Positions 23,976-36,568 of a stretch of 64,000 nt of DNA are shown piece by piece. Each line of letters opens with the position of its first letter. Positions within the stretch are counted from its first letter, which is position 1. This DNA comes from Gordius albopunctatus. Its lineage: Eukaryota. The DNA is taken from contig OZ193909.1 in NCBI GenBank assembly GCA_964276515.1, positions 5,952,001 to 6,016,000 of the forward strand. The letters are read 5' to 3'. The position numbers and the translations under genes are program-made. The notes beneath the pieces are model-generated. The model was not told the origin of the DNA. It was given only the letters and a program-made list of their open reading frames with translations, and searched no databases.

Positions 23976-26882
23976 CTTCTTCTTTATCAATTGTTTGGTC
24001 CCGCAACCGAGGGGTTTGCTTTAATGAGTTTCTTCCATCTTGACCGGGAAAGTGCCATGTGTTGACTAATCTCCTTTGTTATCATAACTTTATCGACTTG
24101 CCCTTTCCATGTGACACGAAGTCGTCGCCTTCCTCTTTTACCCGGTACGTCCATGACCAGTATTTTTAAATTTACATCATTGGTCTACCTTCTTAGTATA
24201 TGCCCATACTTCCTTAGTCGATTTTCGTTAATCATGTCCACCATAGGTTGAATACCCATTTTTGTCATATGGTCAAGCTTAGTATACCTTAAGGTCCACC
24301 CTATCATTCTCATCTCTGTGACTTGTAATAGCTTTTATTCCGAGGTGTTGAATGCCCATGTTTCACTTCCATAGAGTAACACTGGTATTACGTGGGATTT
24401 GTAAACTTTGCTCTTCAAACCATTTTCTTGTCGCACATTACACCGGATATACTTCGCCATTTTAGCCATCCTTTTTGAATCCGAGCATTGACTTCTTCTG
24501 TTGTGCAACCTCCCTCCTGATGTAGCATCGAGCCGAGGCATGAAAACCTGACTAGTTTTGGGTGCTTTAGATGATCATCCAGCGACGGGCTACCTGTAAC
24601 GTTAAATTCCATGTATACCGTTTTTCGATCGTTGACCTTTATACCATATCCAGCAAAGCGCTTTGACCACTTTTCGCCTTTTTCGAATACTTTTTCCTTT
24701 GTTTCTTCGCATATTACTATATCATCGGCATATAGCATACACTATGGCAATGGCTTTTGAATGTCTCTCTATATTGTGTCCATAATTTTATTAAATATAA
24801 AGGGACTTAAAGCAGATTATTGATGTAATCAAATTTTAAATGAAAAGTTTAGAGTCTCCAACTGTCGTCCTAATGCAAGAGTTTGAGGCTTCATAAATAT
24901 TTTTCATAAGCCGTATATGCATATATATTGCTTCCTCAGGCACCACCATATTAAATTGCGAGGGACTGTGTCATAAGCTTTCTCCAAGTCGATAAAGACA
25001 ATATGTAGGTCTTTATCCATCATTTGTCTTCGTGCGAAGATTGGGTCGATTGTGGATTTACTGGTCACAAATCCGAATTGGTTAGCCGATATTTCCACCT
25101 TTTCAGTCTTGCTACTAAGATCCTTTGCATTAGCTTCAAGGAGTGACAAGTTAGCTTGATACCTCCGTAACTGCCAGAGTCCTTAGGATATCTTTTACCT
25201 TTAAATAAGGGTATAATCATGCTTGCTCTCCATTGATAAGGAATTCGCTCTTATACCAATATCTTGTTAAAGAGGTTCGTCATGGTCGTGACTCCTTCAT
25301 CACGGCATTTAAGCAATGCCTTCATAGGTATTCCATCTGGGCGATTAGCTTTTTCTTTTTGCATTTTGTTTATTTGTGTCTTAACTTTATCCCTCTGAAA
25401 GAGTTTGACCATATTTATGTTTGGCTCAATATCGGGAAGGAAATCTTTATAATTTGTAATATTCATAAGTTTCTTAAAATATCATTTCCACCTTTCCATC
25501 CCTTCCTTTGGCTGGAATAAGGTATGACCTTCTCGTTTTTTACTATTTTAGGAACACCGACATCGCAACTTTTCTTATCCCTTATCTTTGCCAATTTGTA
25601 CATAAGCCTATCGCCCCCATTATGGTCCAGTTTGTTTGCCATCTCGGTGTACGCGGCATTCTTCCCTATTGCAACGGCCTTTTTTGCGGCTCACTTTCCC
25701 TCCCTATACTCTTTATAATCCTCCGACTTTTTTGATTTTCGATGAAATCCCTAACTAATTGATCACACCACCATAGTTCCCTATTCATAGCTTTGCCTCC
25801 TTTGGCCTGTACTAGAACTCTAATTGCTGTTTTCTTTATGTCCTTAGTTAGCGTCTCCCAATCGTTGTCTACGTCCCATTGCAACTTCCTTGAACCAAAG
25901 AGTAAGGAGGCTTTTTGGGTATTTTTCATTCGTCGACGTATCCTTTAGCCCTTTGTATCGAATTCGAGGTTCATAGACCTTTTTTCTTTCCGGAAACACT
26001 ATTCTGTCAAGATCCATAACAAGATGACGATGTTGTCTGGCGATTTCTTCTCCCAATATTACTTTACAATCCTTGATACTCCACAAGTCCTTTCGCCGTA
26101 TGAGTAGTTAGTCAATTTGACTAAAATGCCTCTTACTTCTATGAGTCACAATGTGATCTTCACGTTTTTAAAAATAGGTCTTAACGATCGCCATGTCGTA
26201 TGCTCGGGATGCTTGGAGAAGTTTTTACTCTTCTTTGTTCTTCAAACCATGTCCATAGTCCCCAAGATTGCGTCCCTATCCAAGGCGATTCTAACATGAG
26301 CGTTGAAATCCGCCACAATAATCTCTTTCTCTGATTCCATACGAACACATAACGGTTAGGAGGCGTCTTGATCTGCAAACTTCACCCATATTAACCTGTC
26401 ACAACAACGCTTAACTTATACCACCTGTCCTTGAACGATTCGCTCAGAACGATATCGACCTCGTTTCTTAGATTTGGTGGCCCATTGTGGAAATTTTGTA
26501 TCCTTCTCCTAACTTTCGTGCTCTGGTTCCGTTCCACCTCGTCTCTTGTAGGCAAGCGATGTGTACCTTTCTTCTTTTTAGGATTTGTGCGACCTCAACT
26601 CTCTTTTCTGTCAATGTTACCACATTCCAGCACGTTATTCGCATTCTTTCCACAACTTATTTCCCTAACCGCCTTCGTTGTGTAGTAACCCTAGTGTGTT
26701 TTTCATATTGCACGGGCATAATATGCAGTGTGCGTCGTTTGTGGAGGACGCCCTAGCTTTCTGTTGTGAAATTTTGTTTAAAACTATCATGATTGTAAAG
26801 TTGGCTTTTATAGCTGGTTTCCGACCTGACGCCAACCCTCCATTTTTTGCACACAGACTTGAGACCGTCGTAGGTAGTGTTA
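23976..26882 (-). mobile_element. Near full-length decayed RTE LINE (APE endonuclease plus RT)
   Basis: MRITCWNV, IACLQETRW, FIDLEKAYD, MLYADDIV, LLYGSETW in broken frames. (GAA)n 3' tail. 13-bp TSD AATATATGCTCAT at 23963-23975 and 26883-26895. Confidence 0.92.
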
Positions 26883-27109
26883 AATATATGCTCATACAAA
26901 AATAAAATACAGATATTTGAAAAGTCGTCATATTTTCTTTGTGCGATTTTTCACAAAATAATCCATGGTGACTTGAGAGAATGAATTAGGAATTCCATGA
27001 ATTTTGAAATCTTACCTTATTAGACAAAAGAAATATGTTCTTTTTTCATTACATTTAGTTTTTATTAAAATCATATACATATTATGGCATATTAGTGATG
27101 CTTAAAACA

Positions 27110-27262
27110 TAGGTCAGGTTTTGCCGAGGTCCAACCTGAGGTGGTTTTAGGTTCAGGTTTTGAAAAACCTGATAAGGTTTTTCCAACACCCAAACCTTAA
27201 CCTGAGGTTGATCCAGAAAATCAACCTGAAAAACCCTCAAGTTAGGTTGATCTCAGGTTAAC
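27110..27262. repeat. AACCTG/CAGGTT-rich inverted-repeat patch (probable transposon end)
   Basis: Multiple CAGGTT and AACCTGA motifs in both orientations. Confidence 0.45.
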
Positions 27263-27848
27263 ATAAAATTCTTTTTTTTATCTAATAAATTTAAGTATAA
27301 ATTTCATATTTTTTTTCCAAGATGCAATAAATTTTCTTAAACATTCACAACTTAAATGAAGGAAAAACAGTTTGTTGTTATTATTTAAAAAAAATGAGAA
27401 ATCATTAATATACAAATGATTTTAATATTCAACATGTATATTGATAAAAGCGCCATCTATTATGTTAACAAATTTTCATAAAGCGTTGGATGCATTGCAT
27501 TGTAATACAATTTAAATTTTAATTAATTTTTTTTTGATCTATTTATGTACTTATGCTTTCATCAAATTATTTATGATCTATATTTAAATTAGAAAAGGAT
27601 TGAATTGATTGTGGCTATATTTAAAAAAAATTAATAAGTAATATTTGATATATTATATTAGAAATTAGTAAATAAATTGCAGGTTAATGATATACTTTAG
27701 AAGATAATAACAACCCCTTTCAGGAGTGCCCGCAATTAAATTAAAAGAATACTCTAATTAGCGCCATCTATGGGCAATTTTAATTAGAGACTAATTTGAA
27801 CTATGTATATCCCTATCTTTTTTAGTATGTGACTCGAAAATGATAACA

Positions 27849-27891
27849 GACATATAACGTTTTCGCTCTTATTAGAGCTCATCAGTATGCC
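27849..27891 (-). ncRNA. Type I hammerhead ribozyme (minimal stem III)
   Basis: Exact reverse complement of the motif at 28243-28285. Confidence 0.88.
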
Positions 27892-28242
27892 ATAGTTAAT
27901 TCTCTAGTCACATAGTAAGCGAGATAGGTATATATAAGGCACAAATTATATTTAATCCATTCTTATGTTGGCTATGAAATAACCCCCATAATTATGGTAG
28001 TAATAATTATTTTGTTTTATTATATTAGAAATTAGTAAATAAATTGAAAGGGGTTGTTATTATCTTCTAAAGTATATCATTAACCTGCAATTTATTTACT
28101 AATTTCTAATATAATAAAACAAAATAATTATTACTACCATAATTATGGGGGTTATTTCATAGCCAACATAAGAATGGATTAAATATAATTTGTGCCTTAT
28201 ATATACCTATCTCGCTTACTATGTGACTAGAGAATTAACTAT

Positions 28243-28285
28243 GGCATACTGATGAGCTCTAATAAGAGCGAAAACGTTATATGTC
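28243..28285 (+). ncRNA. Type I hammerhead ribozyme (minimal stem III)
   Basis: GGCATA-CTGATGA-GCTCT(AATA)AGAGC-GAAA-ACGT-TA-TATGTC: stem I, conserved core, 5-bp stem II and palindromic AACGTT stem III. Predicted cleavage after UUA at 28279. Confidence 0.88.
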
Positions 28286-29172
28286 TGTTATTATTTTCGA
28301 GTCACATACTAAAAAAAGATAGGGATATACATAGTTCAAATTAGTCTCTAATTAAAATTGCCCATAGATGGCGCTAATTAGAGTATTCTTTTAATTTAAT
28401 TGCGGGCACTCCTGAAAGGGGTTGTTATTATCTTCTAAAGTATTTGATATAAATTAAATAAACCAAAAATTATTAAATAGAATAGAATTAAAATATGATC
28501 GATAAACCGATGGTAATTTATTTATTAAGCGAGCGAATATAAAGTGCGAATTAGACGTTAGCGAAGCGAGTGTATTTTATAACGAGAATTAAAGATTTTT
28601 TTTGGGGTTTGTTAAAAGGGGGAATTCGAAAATCAAAAGTCAAAACTCTAGTTGTGTATAAAATCTATATCTTTCTTTAGGCGTTGTCTGTACTCATGTA
28701 TTTCTGGCTGGGTAAAGGGAAAGGTAAAGAGAAAAAGGGGGGGGGGAGGGTTGTATGAACTTCGTGTGTATTTTTAGAATTTTTTGCATCTGTTTCCGGA
28801 GTTGTAACTTGTTGGCTCCAATCATTATAATGTCCTAGAATAAGGGATGCCGGCGCCCATCACACAGTCAAGTCATTAGGATGTCTTTGTTGCACATAAC
28901 ATATCTACTTTATAAACTTTTCCTATTGTATGTTTTAAAAATAGATCATTTCATACTACTAATTTAATTATTTTGTCTATGCTAATCCCTTATCACTAAA
29001 GTTAACATCTTCATCTTTTTTGTGTATCAGATCCATTTTCGAAGTACTATCATCCTAACTTGTAAGTGATGATATTATTAGATTATTAATGATTTTTTTA
29101 TGTATAATTCTTGAACATATTAAACCCTTTCTTAGCTTCAGCAATCATAATATAATAATTCATGTTAACAGC

Positions 29173-30228
29173 TAATGTTGTGAATGAACGCGTTCAAATT
29201 TTTTGAAAAATTGATGAACGGAGTTCTTTTTTTATGAACTTTGAACGTGAGCGCGTCCCTTTTTTTGATGAACGCGTTCGAATTTAACGTTCGTTCAATT
29301 TTAAAAACCCTTTTTTATTTTTATTTATTTGAAAAATAATGTTAATCCGAATTTTGTAACAAAAGTCTTATATTTTTTAATCAGCTGTTTTTCATTTTTC
29401 CGATTACCTATCCCGAAATACTTATAACATACCTAACTTGCGAAAGAAGATAAGATTAAAGTTTATTAATTTGATATTATTAATTATATTTTAATTTGTA
29501 GGTTACTATGGACAATTATATTATTATATCGTATCATCTTCAGATTCTGAATATTCAAAATCAGCAGATGAATTGACATTGCCATCGCCAAAATATGATA
29601 AATATTTTTACTCATTTCATATAAAGGACCGAATTCAATCATTACTAAATGCAAACAAGAATAAACTTTTAGTTTTATTGAAAAAAGGGATTAAAACCCC
29701 TACAATTGATAATGAAAGAACTGTCGATTCCGAAATATCGTTTTTTGACGAGGAAGTAGAGGGCAAATTGGAGGATTATCGCAATTTTTTGAAGCGGAGG
29801 ACAAAATATTAAATGTTTTCAATAAATTTCCTGCTTTAAAAGATTTGTTTATTAAGTGTAATACTCCAATCCCCTCATCTGCCCAGAGCGGGGTTTTCGT
29901 ATAGCTAATGCTGTATTAACTGCCAAGCGTTCCTGCTTATCCGACAAAAATTTTGAAAAACAATTAATATTAAAAATTAATAAGAAAAATTTTTTATAAA
30001 TAAAAAATCTTTATATTCGCTCTATTATATCTTATCTATAATTATATTATCGAAATAAAACTATTATTTTTTTATCATGACTATTATATTGTATTAAAAA
30101 ATATAAGACATTTATTTATATTAAATTAAAAAAAAATTTATCATAAAAATTTGAACGAACGTGAACGCGTTCGATTTTTGTCAATGAACGTTGAACGCAT
30201 TCGATTTTTTTAAATGTTTACAGCACTA
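29173..30228 (+). mobile_element. Internally deleted hAT derivative of the element at 32746-35746
   Basis: Same GAACG-rich ends. Perfect 8-bp TSD TTAACAGC. BED-region start fused to the C-terminal transposase portion. Confidence 0.9.
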
Positions 30229-32745
30229 TTAACAGCTGATATAAAAAGATGTTTTATCCAATTAGGTCAGCTTTATACTTCCGTTTTACAGGCAACGCAT
30301 GCAAATTATTAGTTTTTAATTAGTGGGGTACACACGAGCCAAAAAGCTTCTTTATTTCAAAAATTATTCCGCCAAAACCTATGATATTTTCACCTAACCA
30401 AATTTTTCATAAAGTATAAGGCTACAGAAAAGGTTAGATCCATTCGTTTCAAATTACGTTTTATATATAAGTTTATAAGTATAGTGGGGTATGAGGTACC
30501 CCACAAATACTCTCATGGATTAAAGAATCACCGTTTATTTACATAAAAGTGCATTATAAATTTGCATAAATTACCATTCCCTTACTATAATCCAAGTTAC
30601 ATCATATATTCGCGATCTAAAAATCATGCTTAAAATTAAAAACTGAGCCCAAAACGCTTGGTCGGCCTCACCTTGTTGTAGTAATATGTTCCCGGAAAAC
30701 TATCATCTTTAGCGAGGGTTTATAATAAGGTTGCAAAAACGGCTGGGGGGTTATACTAAAATAGTTTTTTTTGTGTTTGTACTGCTTGACAGGGTCAACG
30801 AGGGGGCGAATATATATTTTACCACGCAGAGACGCGAGTTCCCGTGGTGGTTTACGTTTGGTCTGTTGGTGTTGGCTTCAGGGAAGCGGAACGAAATTTC
30901 CCCTGGTTTGAACGCAAATTAGTGTCCCTTTTCTTAACAGTCCAACCCCACAGGTACCAGTGTAACCTTTAGGTGACGCAACTTTAGAGCCACTTTTCTC
31001 AAAAACTACTAAAGATAAAAACATTTTTTAAATTAAATTTGAAAGATTGGATTGGGATAAATCATCTGATACAATTTTATTACTTCATCTTCATTGGTTG
31101 CTGAATTATACTCGTTCAAAAATCGTAAAAATCGCAGTTCCGACCTGCCTTCTTATATTAAATATCTATGTACACTTAACAATAAGTTTTTGCAAATTAA
31201 ATTACATATTTAAAATCTGTATAATTTTTCCAACATTTTGATAGTAATTTAAAATTTATATTATTACTATAAATACTTTAAAATTTTCCTTAAAGATGAA
31301 CGTCACCTAAAGGTTATATTGGGCAGAGCTTATGTGCCCAGCGCAACCTTTTTAATGATTTAATTATAAGACTATGAATCCATTAATGATTTTTTTATAT
31401 TTTTCTTTGCAAAAGTACATAGTATAAAGGGGGTAGGAGTAGAATAGTCAAGAATATTCGATTTTCTCTGATTTTTGATAGGAAAAATGTCAGATACATG
31501 ATATTTATAGATAAAATTGTACCACCTAATATGCCAAATACGGCTAAAATTACTTACATTTGATAATTTTAAAGCGGCCTTAGATAGAGGTCTACATTTC
31601 TATAATTCATTTCGATTTTATAAAATTTACCCATGATTTTAATCGTAGATGGTGGACTTTTTAAAACTTAGTCCCATTTTCAGGTTTGTAGCAATAAGTC
31701 CGCCCGTATAAAAATTTAAAAGAGATCGAAAATAGAATTATGACTGTCGTTACTCCCATTCAAATAATATAAAAGCTTGATTGCTTTAGATCTTTAATTT
31801 ATATGCAAAAAATACACCAATATTTTGAAATTAACGATAGAGAATTTAAAAGTTATCTAATTTTTTTAACTGGTATTAGTCTCTCAAAAATGTCTAAATG
31901 TTTTGAAAACTTAAGAAGCCCTATTCTTTAATTAAATAATATCCAATGGTATGCTAATAAATCGGTTTCAAGACATCAACTCTAAACAACACACAAATTT
32001 TCCAAGGTTTGAGATTTTCTGGTTATTTTAAATGATGGGTTCAATTAAATAGTGTAACCCATTTAAATGAATACATCCATGGTGCTTTTTATGGACATCA
32101 TACAGCAAAGAAATTTATAAAAGGTAAGCCTTTTAGATTTCGCTTTAAGATATACCTAGTGTTAGGTACCTAAAAGCGGCTATACAGTACCAAGAGGCCA
32201 CGTTATTGTTGTCAGGTAAAATGAAAGAGGATTAGGGAGCTGTCACAGATGACTTAGCTGCCTTTCAATTTTGTCTCTTTTAATTATTCTAAATATACCT
32301 TTATAATCGCTTAATTATTAAATTGTCTTTCAAAAGTGAATATTGGAGCTTTGAAAACAGTGCGCTTAAATCGTTTCAAGTGCCTATTGATCGATGTAGA
32401 ATCCCTAAAAAAAGAAAGGATTTATTCCGCAAAGGAATATTTCTAACGTCATGGCAGTACGCAGGCACGATAATCATAACGAAGCTTTTTAATTGTTAAA
32501 TCCATTACCTGCAGTAGAATCAAGCCTCTTTAAAAGTTCAGGAATATACTTTTCAATGCCCAAAGTTATGTAATAAGTTTATGAGCGGTGTAAAATGCTC
32601 TGATTAAAATGTTGATGCCACAAAAGTATCTTTTCGGGGCAGAAATTGGTCCCATTATTTGGATTCTACGTCGCTTATTACAATGCCTGCCAGCATGGGC
32701 CTAGGGCAAGGAGGGGCGGCCGCCTCCTTCTGAATCAAAAAATTT

Positions 32746-35700
32746 TAGTGCTGTAAACATTTGTAAAAAAATCGAACGCGTTCGCGTTCAACGTTCATTG
32801 ACAAAAATCGAACGCGTTCACGTTCACGTTCGTTAAGAAAAAAAAGGAACGCGTTCACGTTCATGAACGCGTTCACGTTCGTTCAAAATTTTATGATAAT
32901 TTTTTTAAAATTTAATTTAATATAAATAAATGTCTTATATTTTTTAATACAATAAATAATAGCCATGATAAAAAAAATGATAGTTTTATTTCTACAATAT
33001 AATTGTAAATCAATATAATTATAATCTAATAGAGCGAATATAAAGGTTTTTTATTTATAAAAAATTTTTCTTATTGATTTTTAATAATAATTGTTTCTCA
33101 AAATTGTCGTCTGATAAGCAGGAACGCTTGGCAGTTAATACAGCATTAGCTATACTAAAAACCCGCTCCACAGGGGCAGATGAGGGGATTGGAGTATTAT
33201 ACTTAATAAACAAATTTTTTAAAGGAGGAAATTTATTAAAAACATTTAATGTTTTGTCCCTCGCTTCAAAAAATTGCGACAAGATATCATCCTCTAATCC
33301 GCCCTCTACTTCCTCGTCAAAAAAAAATGATATCTCGGAATTGACAGCTCTTTCGTTATCAATTCTAGGGGTTTCAATCCCTTTTTTCAATAACACTAAA
33401 AGATTATTCTTTAAAGCTTCATTTTCTCGAAGTTTAATCCAAGGCCATTGAAGCTTGAACATTGGATGTATAATGGCCGAAAGAAGATATTGATCTTCAT
33501 ATATATGTTGAAATCTTTAAAAAAATAAAATATATGTAATTAATTTGATAGTAATAGGTTTGTTACCTTTTATTAATCCCATTTAATACAGCGTCAATCA
33601 ATGGTTGACCATATTTTAGGCTAGTAATTTTTTTTAATTTCAAAATAACTATTGTTATTGTTGGAGTCAAATAGCCCAAATGCATATTTTCCTCACTTTC
33701 TAAAATAGTAAGAGCGGTAGCAACAGGTTCCATGATCTATTTTAATATTTGAAATTTATTATAATATTTATCCTAAAAAATTTTATGAGGACTTACAGTA
33801 CAGTATTCTTCCAAAAATATTTTATCATTGGTTGTAAGCCTTGCTAATCCTCCCATGTCGCATACTTTGTCAAATAAATGAGGTTTATCTTTTATTAATG
33901 AGTCTATTAATTTTAAGGAATTATAATATGAATTCCATCTTGTAACAACAGGTCTTATAAGCATCCTTGATAAATTTTTCTTTACATCATCAGCAAATGA
34001 TGTTGACTGATTTTGCTTGTTCCATAAATTTTTGCATTTATCAAATGCACTTTTTAATATGTTTTTAAAAGATGGAATTTCTAGTGCCTTTTCAGCATCG
34101 ACACTTGCCACTAAATTAAGATTGTGGCATGCACAAGAGTGATGTTTTGGTAGGTAAATAAAATTTTCCTGCCTACTTTGATATTGAAATATTTCATATA
34201 ATGAAAATGACACAATTTCATCTTCATCATCTTCAGATACTTTCTCAAATAACCTATAATTTGTTTAAAAATATAAAATGTAGATTATTTATTTATACCT
34301 AAAGGCCTTTAAAAAATTTCTTGCATTGTCAGTGACACATAATGCCACCTTGTTCTGTATCTTAAATCTTTTAAGAAGGTTTGAAATTGTTTCTGCTAAA
34401 TAATCAAATGTATGTTTGCTAGTTAGCCTTTGGCAAGCTAAACATGCTGATTTTCTTTCTAAAGTGACTACATCCAACCAGTGGACAGTCATGCCTAAAA
34501 ATGAACTAATAATATTAAGAAATTGATTTCAAATTATGCACAAATTACCGATGGTATGATGACCATGAATCCGCTGTGATACAAAGAAAGGTTTGGTTGG
34601 CTAAACAAGTAATTATTTTATCTATCATGATGTTATAATTTTTGGATATTTTTGATATAAGCGTTGGGCGGGACATAACATTTTTATTAGGTTGTAAAGT
34701 GGTTATCATTTTTAAAAATGAAGGTTTTTCAACTATATTAAATGGCTGTAGATCTTCTATCACAAAATTGATTATTACATCATCTATCTGTGATTGATTC
34801 ACATATGAATATGAATCATTTTTGTTACAGTTTAGATTCTGTTGTTTGAATTTTTCCCATTTTACCTTTTTATTATTTTTATCAGAAGATTTTGAAAGAT
34901 ATTCATTTATTTCTTTTGTCATATTATCATGATGGTTCTATAAAAATAAAATACTATTATGCTATAGATGATATTAATAGATTTTTTAATATTTATATTC
35001 AAAGTTTTACATATCCTAGATACCTTATTTTTTGCAAAAATCTTATACTATTCCCTATTTTAAATATATTGACAAACAAAATTAGCTTCAATAAAATTAC
35101 TAGTCTCCCTTCCATATCTATGCTAAGAATGGACTAATATTAATATTAAAGTGTCTTAAAGGTATTAAAATTTGTATCTAAGATATATACTTATATATAT
35201 AATAATATTATATTACCATAAGGTGTCTTTTTAGATTTGAGCTCGACCCTTTTGAAACAGATATCATACTTTTTGGACACATTTTACATTTGGTAATTAT
35301 ATTTGATCCTTTATATGAAACGAGTGAAAAATATTTTTCATATTTTGGCCATGGCAATTTCAATTCATCTTCTGATTTTGAATATTCAGAATCTGAAGAT
35401 GACGACGATATAATAATATGATTGTCCATATTAACCTATAAATTAAACTATAATTAATAATATGAAATTAATTAACTTTAATCTTATCTTCTTTTGCACG
35501 TTATAGTATGTTAAAAGTATTTCTGAATCGGTAATAGGAAACAAGAAAAACAGCTGATTAAAAAATATAAGACTTTTTTGTTTAAAAATTCAAATTAACA
35601 TTATTTTTCAAATAAATAAAAATGAAGATTTTTAAAATTGAACGAACGTTAAATTCGAACGCGTTCATCAAAAAAGGAACGCGTTCACGTTCAAAGTTCA

Positions 35701-35746
35701 CCAAAAAAAAGAACGCCGTTCACGAACGCGTTCATTTACAGCACTA
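32746..35746 (-). mobile_element. Autonomous-looking hAT DNA transposon
   Basis: TIR TAGTGCTGTAAA at both ends, perfect 8-bp TSD AAAAATTT, GAACGCGTTC subterminal arrays and a complete transposase gene. Confidence 0.95.
33055..35429 (-). CDS. BED-finger hAT transposase, 6 exons, 631 aa
   Basis: Exons 35429-35217, 34937-34549, 34505-34299, 34253-33797, 33736-33567 and 33514-33055 splice in frame (1896 nt). Motifs: CKMC..HLMNHH, TADSW, TDNA, CACH, TRWNS, SSAPVERVFS. Confidence 0.9.
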
Positions 35747-36522
35747 AAAAATTTGTTTAAATTCATTAAAATTATGGCTGAAATTCAAAAAATGATCATG
35801 CCGTCCCTAAATCATTATCGCCCCTTTCTAATTCCAATCCTGACTACGCCCATGCCTGCCGCTCTATAGTCTAAACAGTCATCAAACTCTGCAGTTTTTA
35901 AAAATTAATTGTCGAAATTATTGTTTAAAATACGGCCGACTTCCTGAAGTGAAGTCAAAATCTTACTTTCCCCAAGTCAGCGACGACTCAACGGCTCTGC
36001 TCTGTATGCACCTAAGCAACCAGAATTTTATGCCCATATTGAAATATCCGACCTCACATTTATTGTTGATCATCATTCCAATATAATTAACTAACTTTTT
36101 TCACTTATCTTAGTTATTTAATAAAAATTCAAAATTTGCCTATTTTTATGCCATCCAGTGTAACCTTTAGGTGACACCCCGTTATTTCCGGAACTAGGCA
36201 ATTTTTCCAGAATTTTTAAATTGTTTAGTCATCTAGAGCATATTGAGATGTCCCAAAAATTTTTTTTTATAAATTGGTTGAGCCGAACCGTTAGTGGTAC
36301 CTGTCGGGTTAACCAGTTGGGGTTCCTCAGACCTTAAGCAAGTCACGGTTAGTTATAATTTTAATTTTGTATTGTTCCCTATTATTGTAAAAGAGTATTC
36401 CCAGAATTTTTGATTTATTTGTGAATGGTGAGGGCTATGCTGAGGTTTTAACAAGCCTCCCCTCACTTCCCCTAAAATTGCATAGCAAATAGACTGCTTC
36501 TCTACAAAGTGTAGATATTTAG

Positions 36523-36568
36523 GACTCCAGATCAGAAGGTTGCGTGTTCAATCACGTCGGGGTCACCA
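36523..36568 (+). pseudogene. 3' half of tRNA-Trp(CCA) followed by CCA
   Basis: GACTCCAGATCAGAAGGTTGCGTGTTCAATCACGTCGGGGTCA-CCA matches metazoan tRNA-Trp from the anticodon arm to the acceptor end. The D-arm and 5' acceptor strand are absent. Confidence 0.8.

Larger units (their letters stand above)
27651..28443. mobile_element. Palindromic hammerhead-bearing retroelement (retrozyme or Penelope-like pLTR pair)
   Basis: Two divergent copies of a 367/368-nt unit differing by 1 substitution and 1 indel. Each has ~30 nt terminal redundancy and a hammerhead core. Flanking direct repeat TATTTGATATA at 27642-27652 and 28441-28451. Confidence 0.88.
30946..36308 (+). mobile_element. Decayed piggyBac element carrying nested insertions
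   Basis: TIRs CCCCACAGGTACCA and TGGTACCTGTCGGG|TTAA. Subterminal repeat CAGTGTAACCTTTAGGTGAC at both ends. Remnants YGHHTAKKFIKGKPFRFRFK (~32090) and NKFMSGV..SD..VSFRGRNW (~32575). Confidence 0.8.

Noticed and set aside
25233..26905. Multiple plus-strand ORFs
   Set aside because: Antisense to the decayed RTE LINE; no independent motifs.
36490..36568. Functional tRNA-Trp gene
   Set aside because: The 5' acceptor strand and D-arm/A-box are missing, so it cannot form a cloverleaf.
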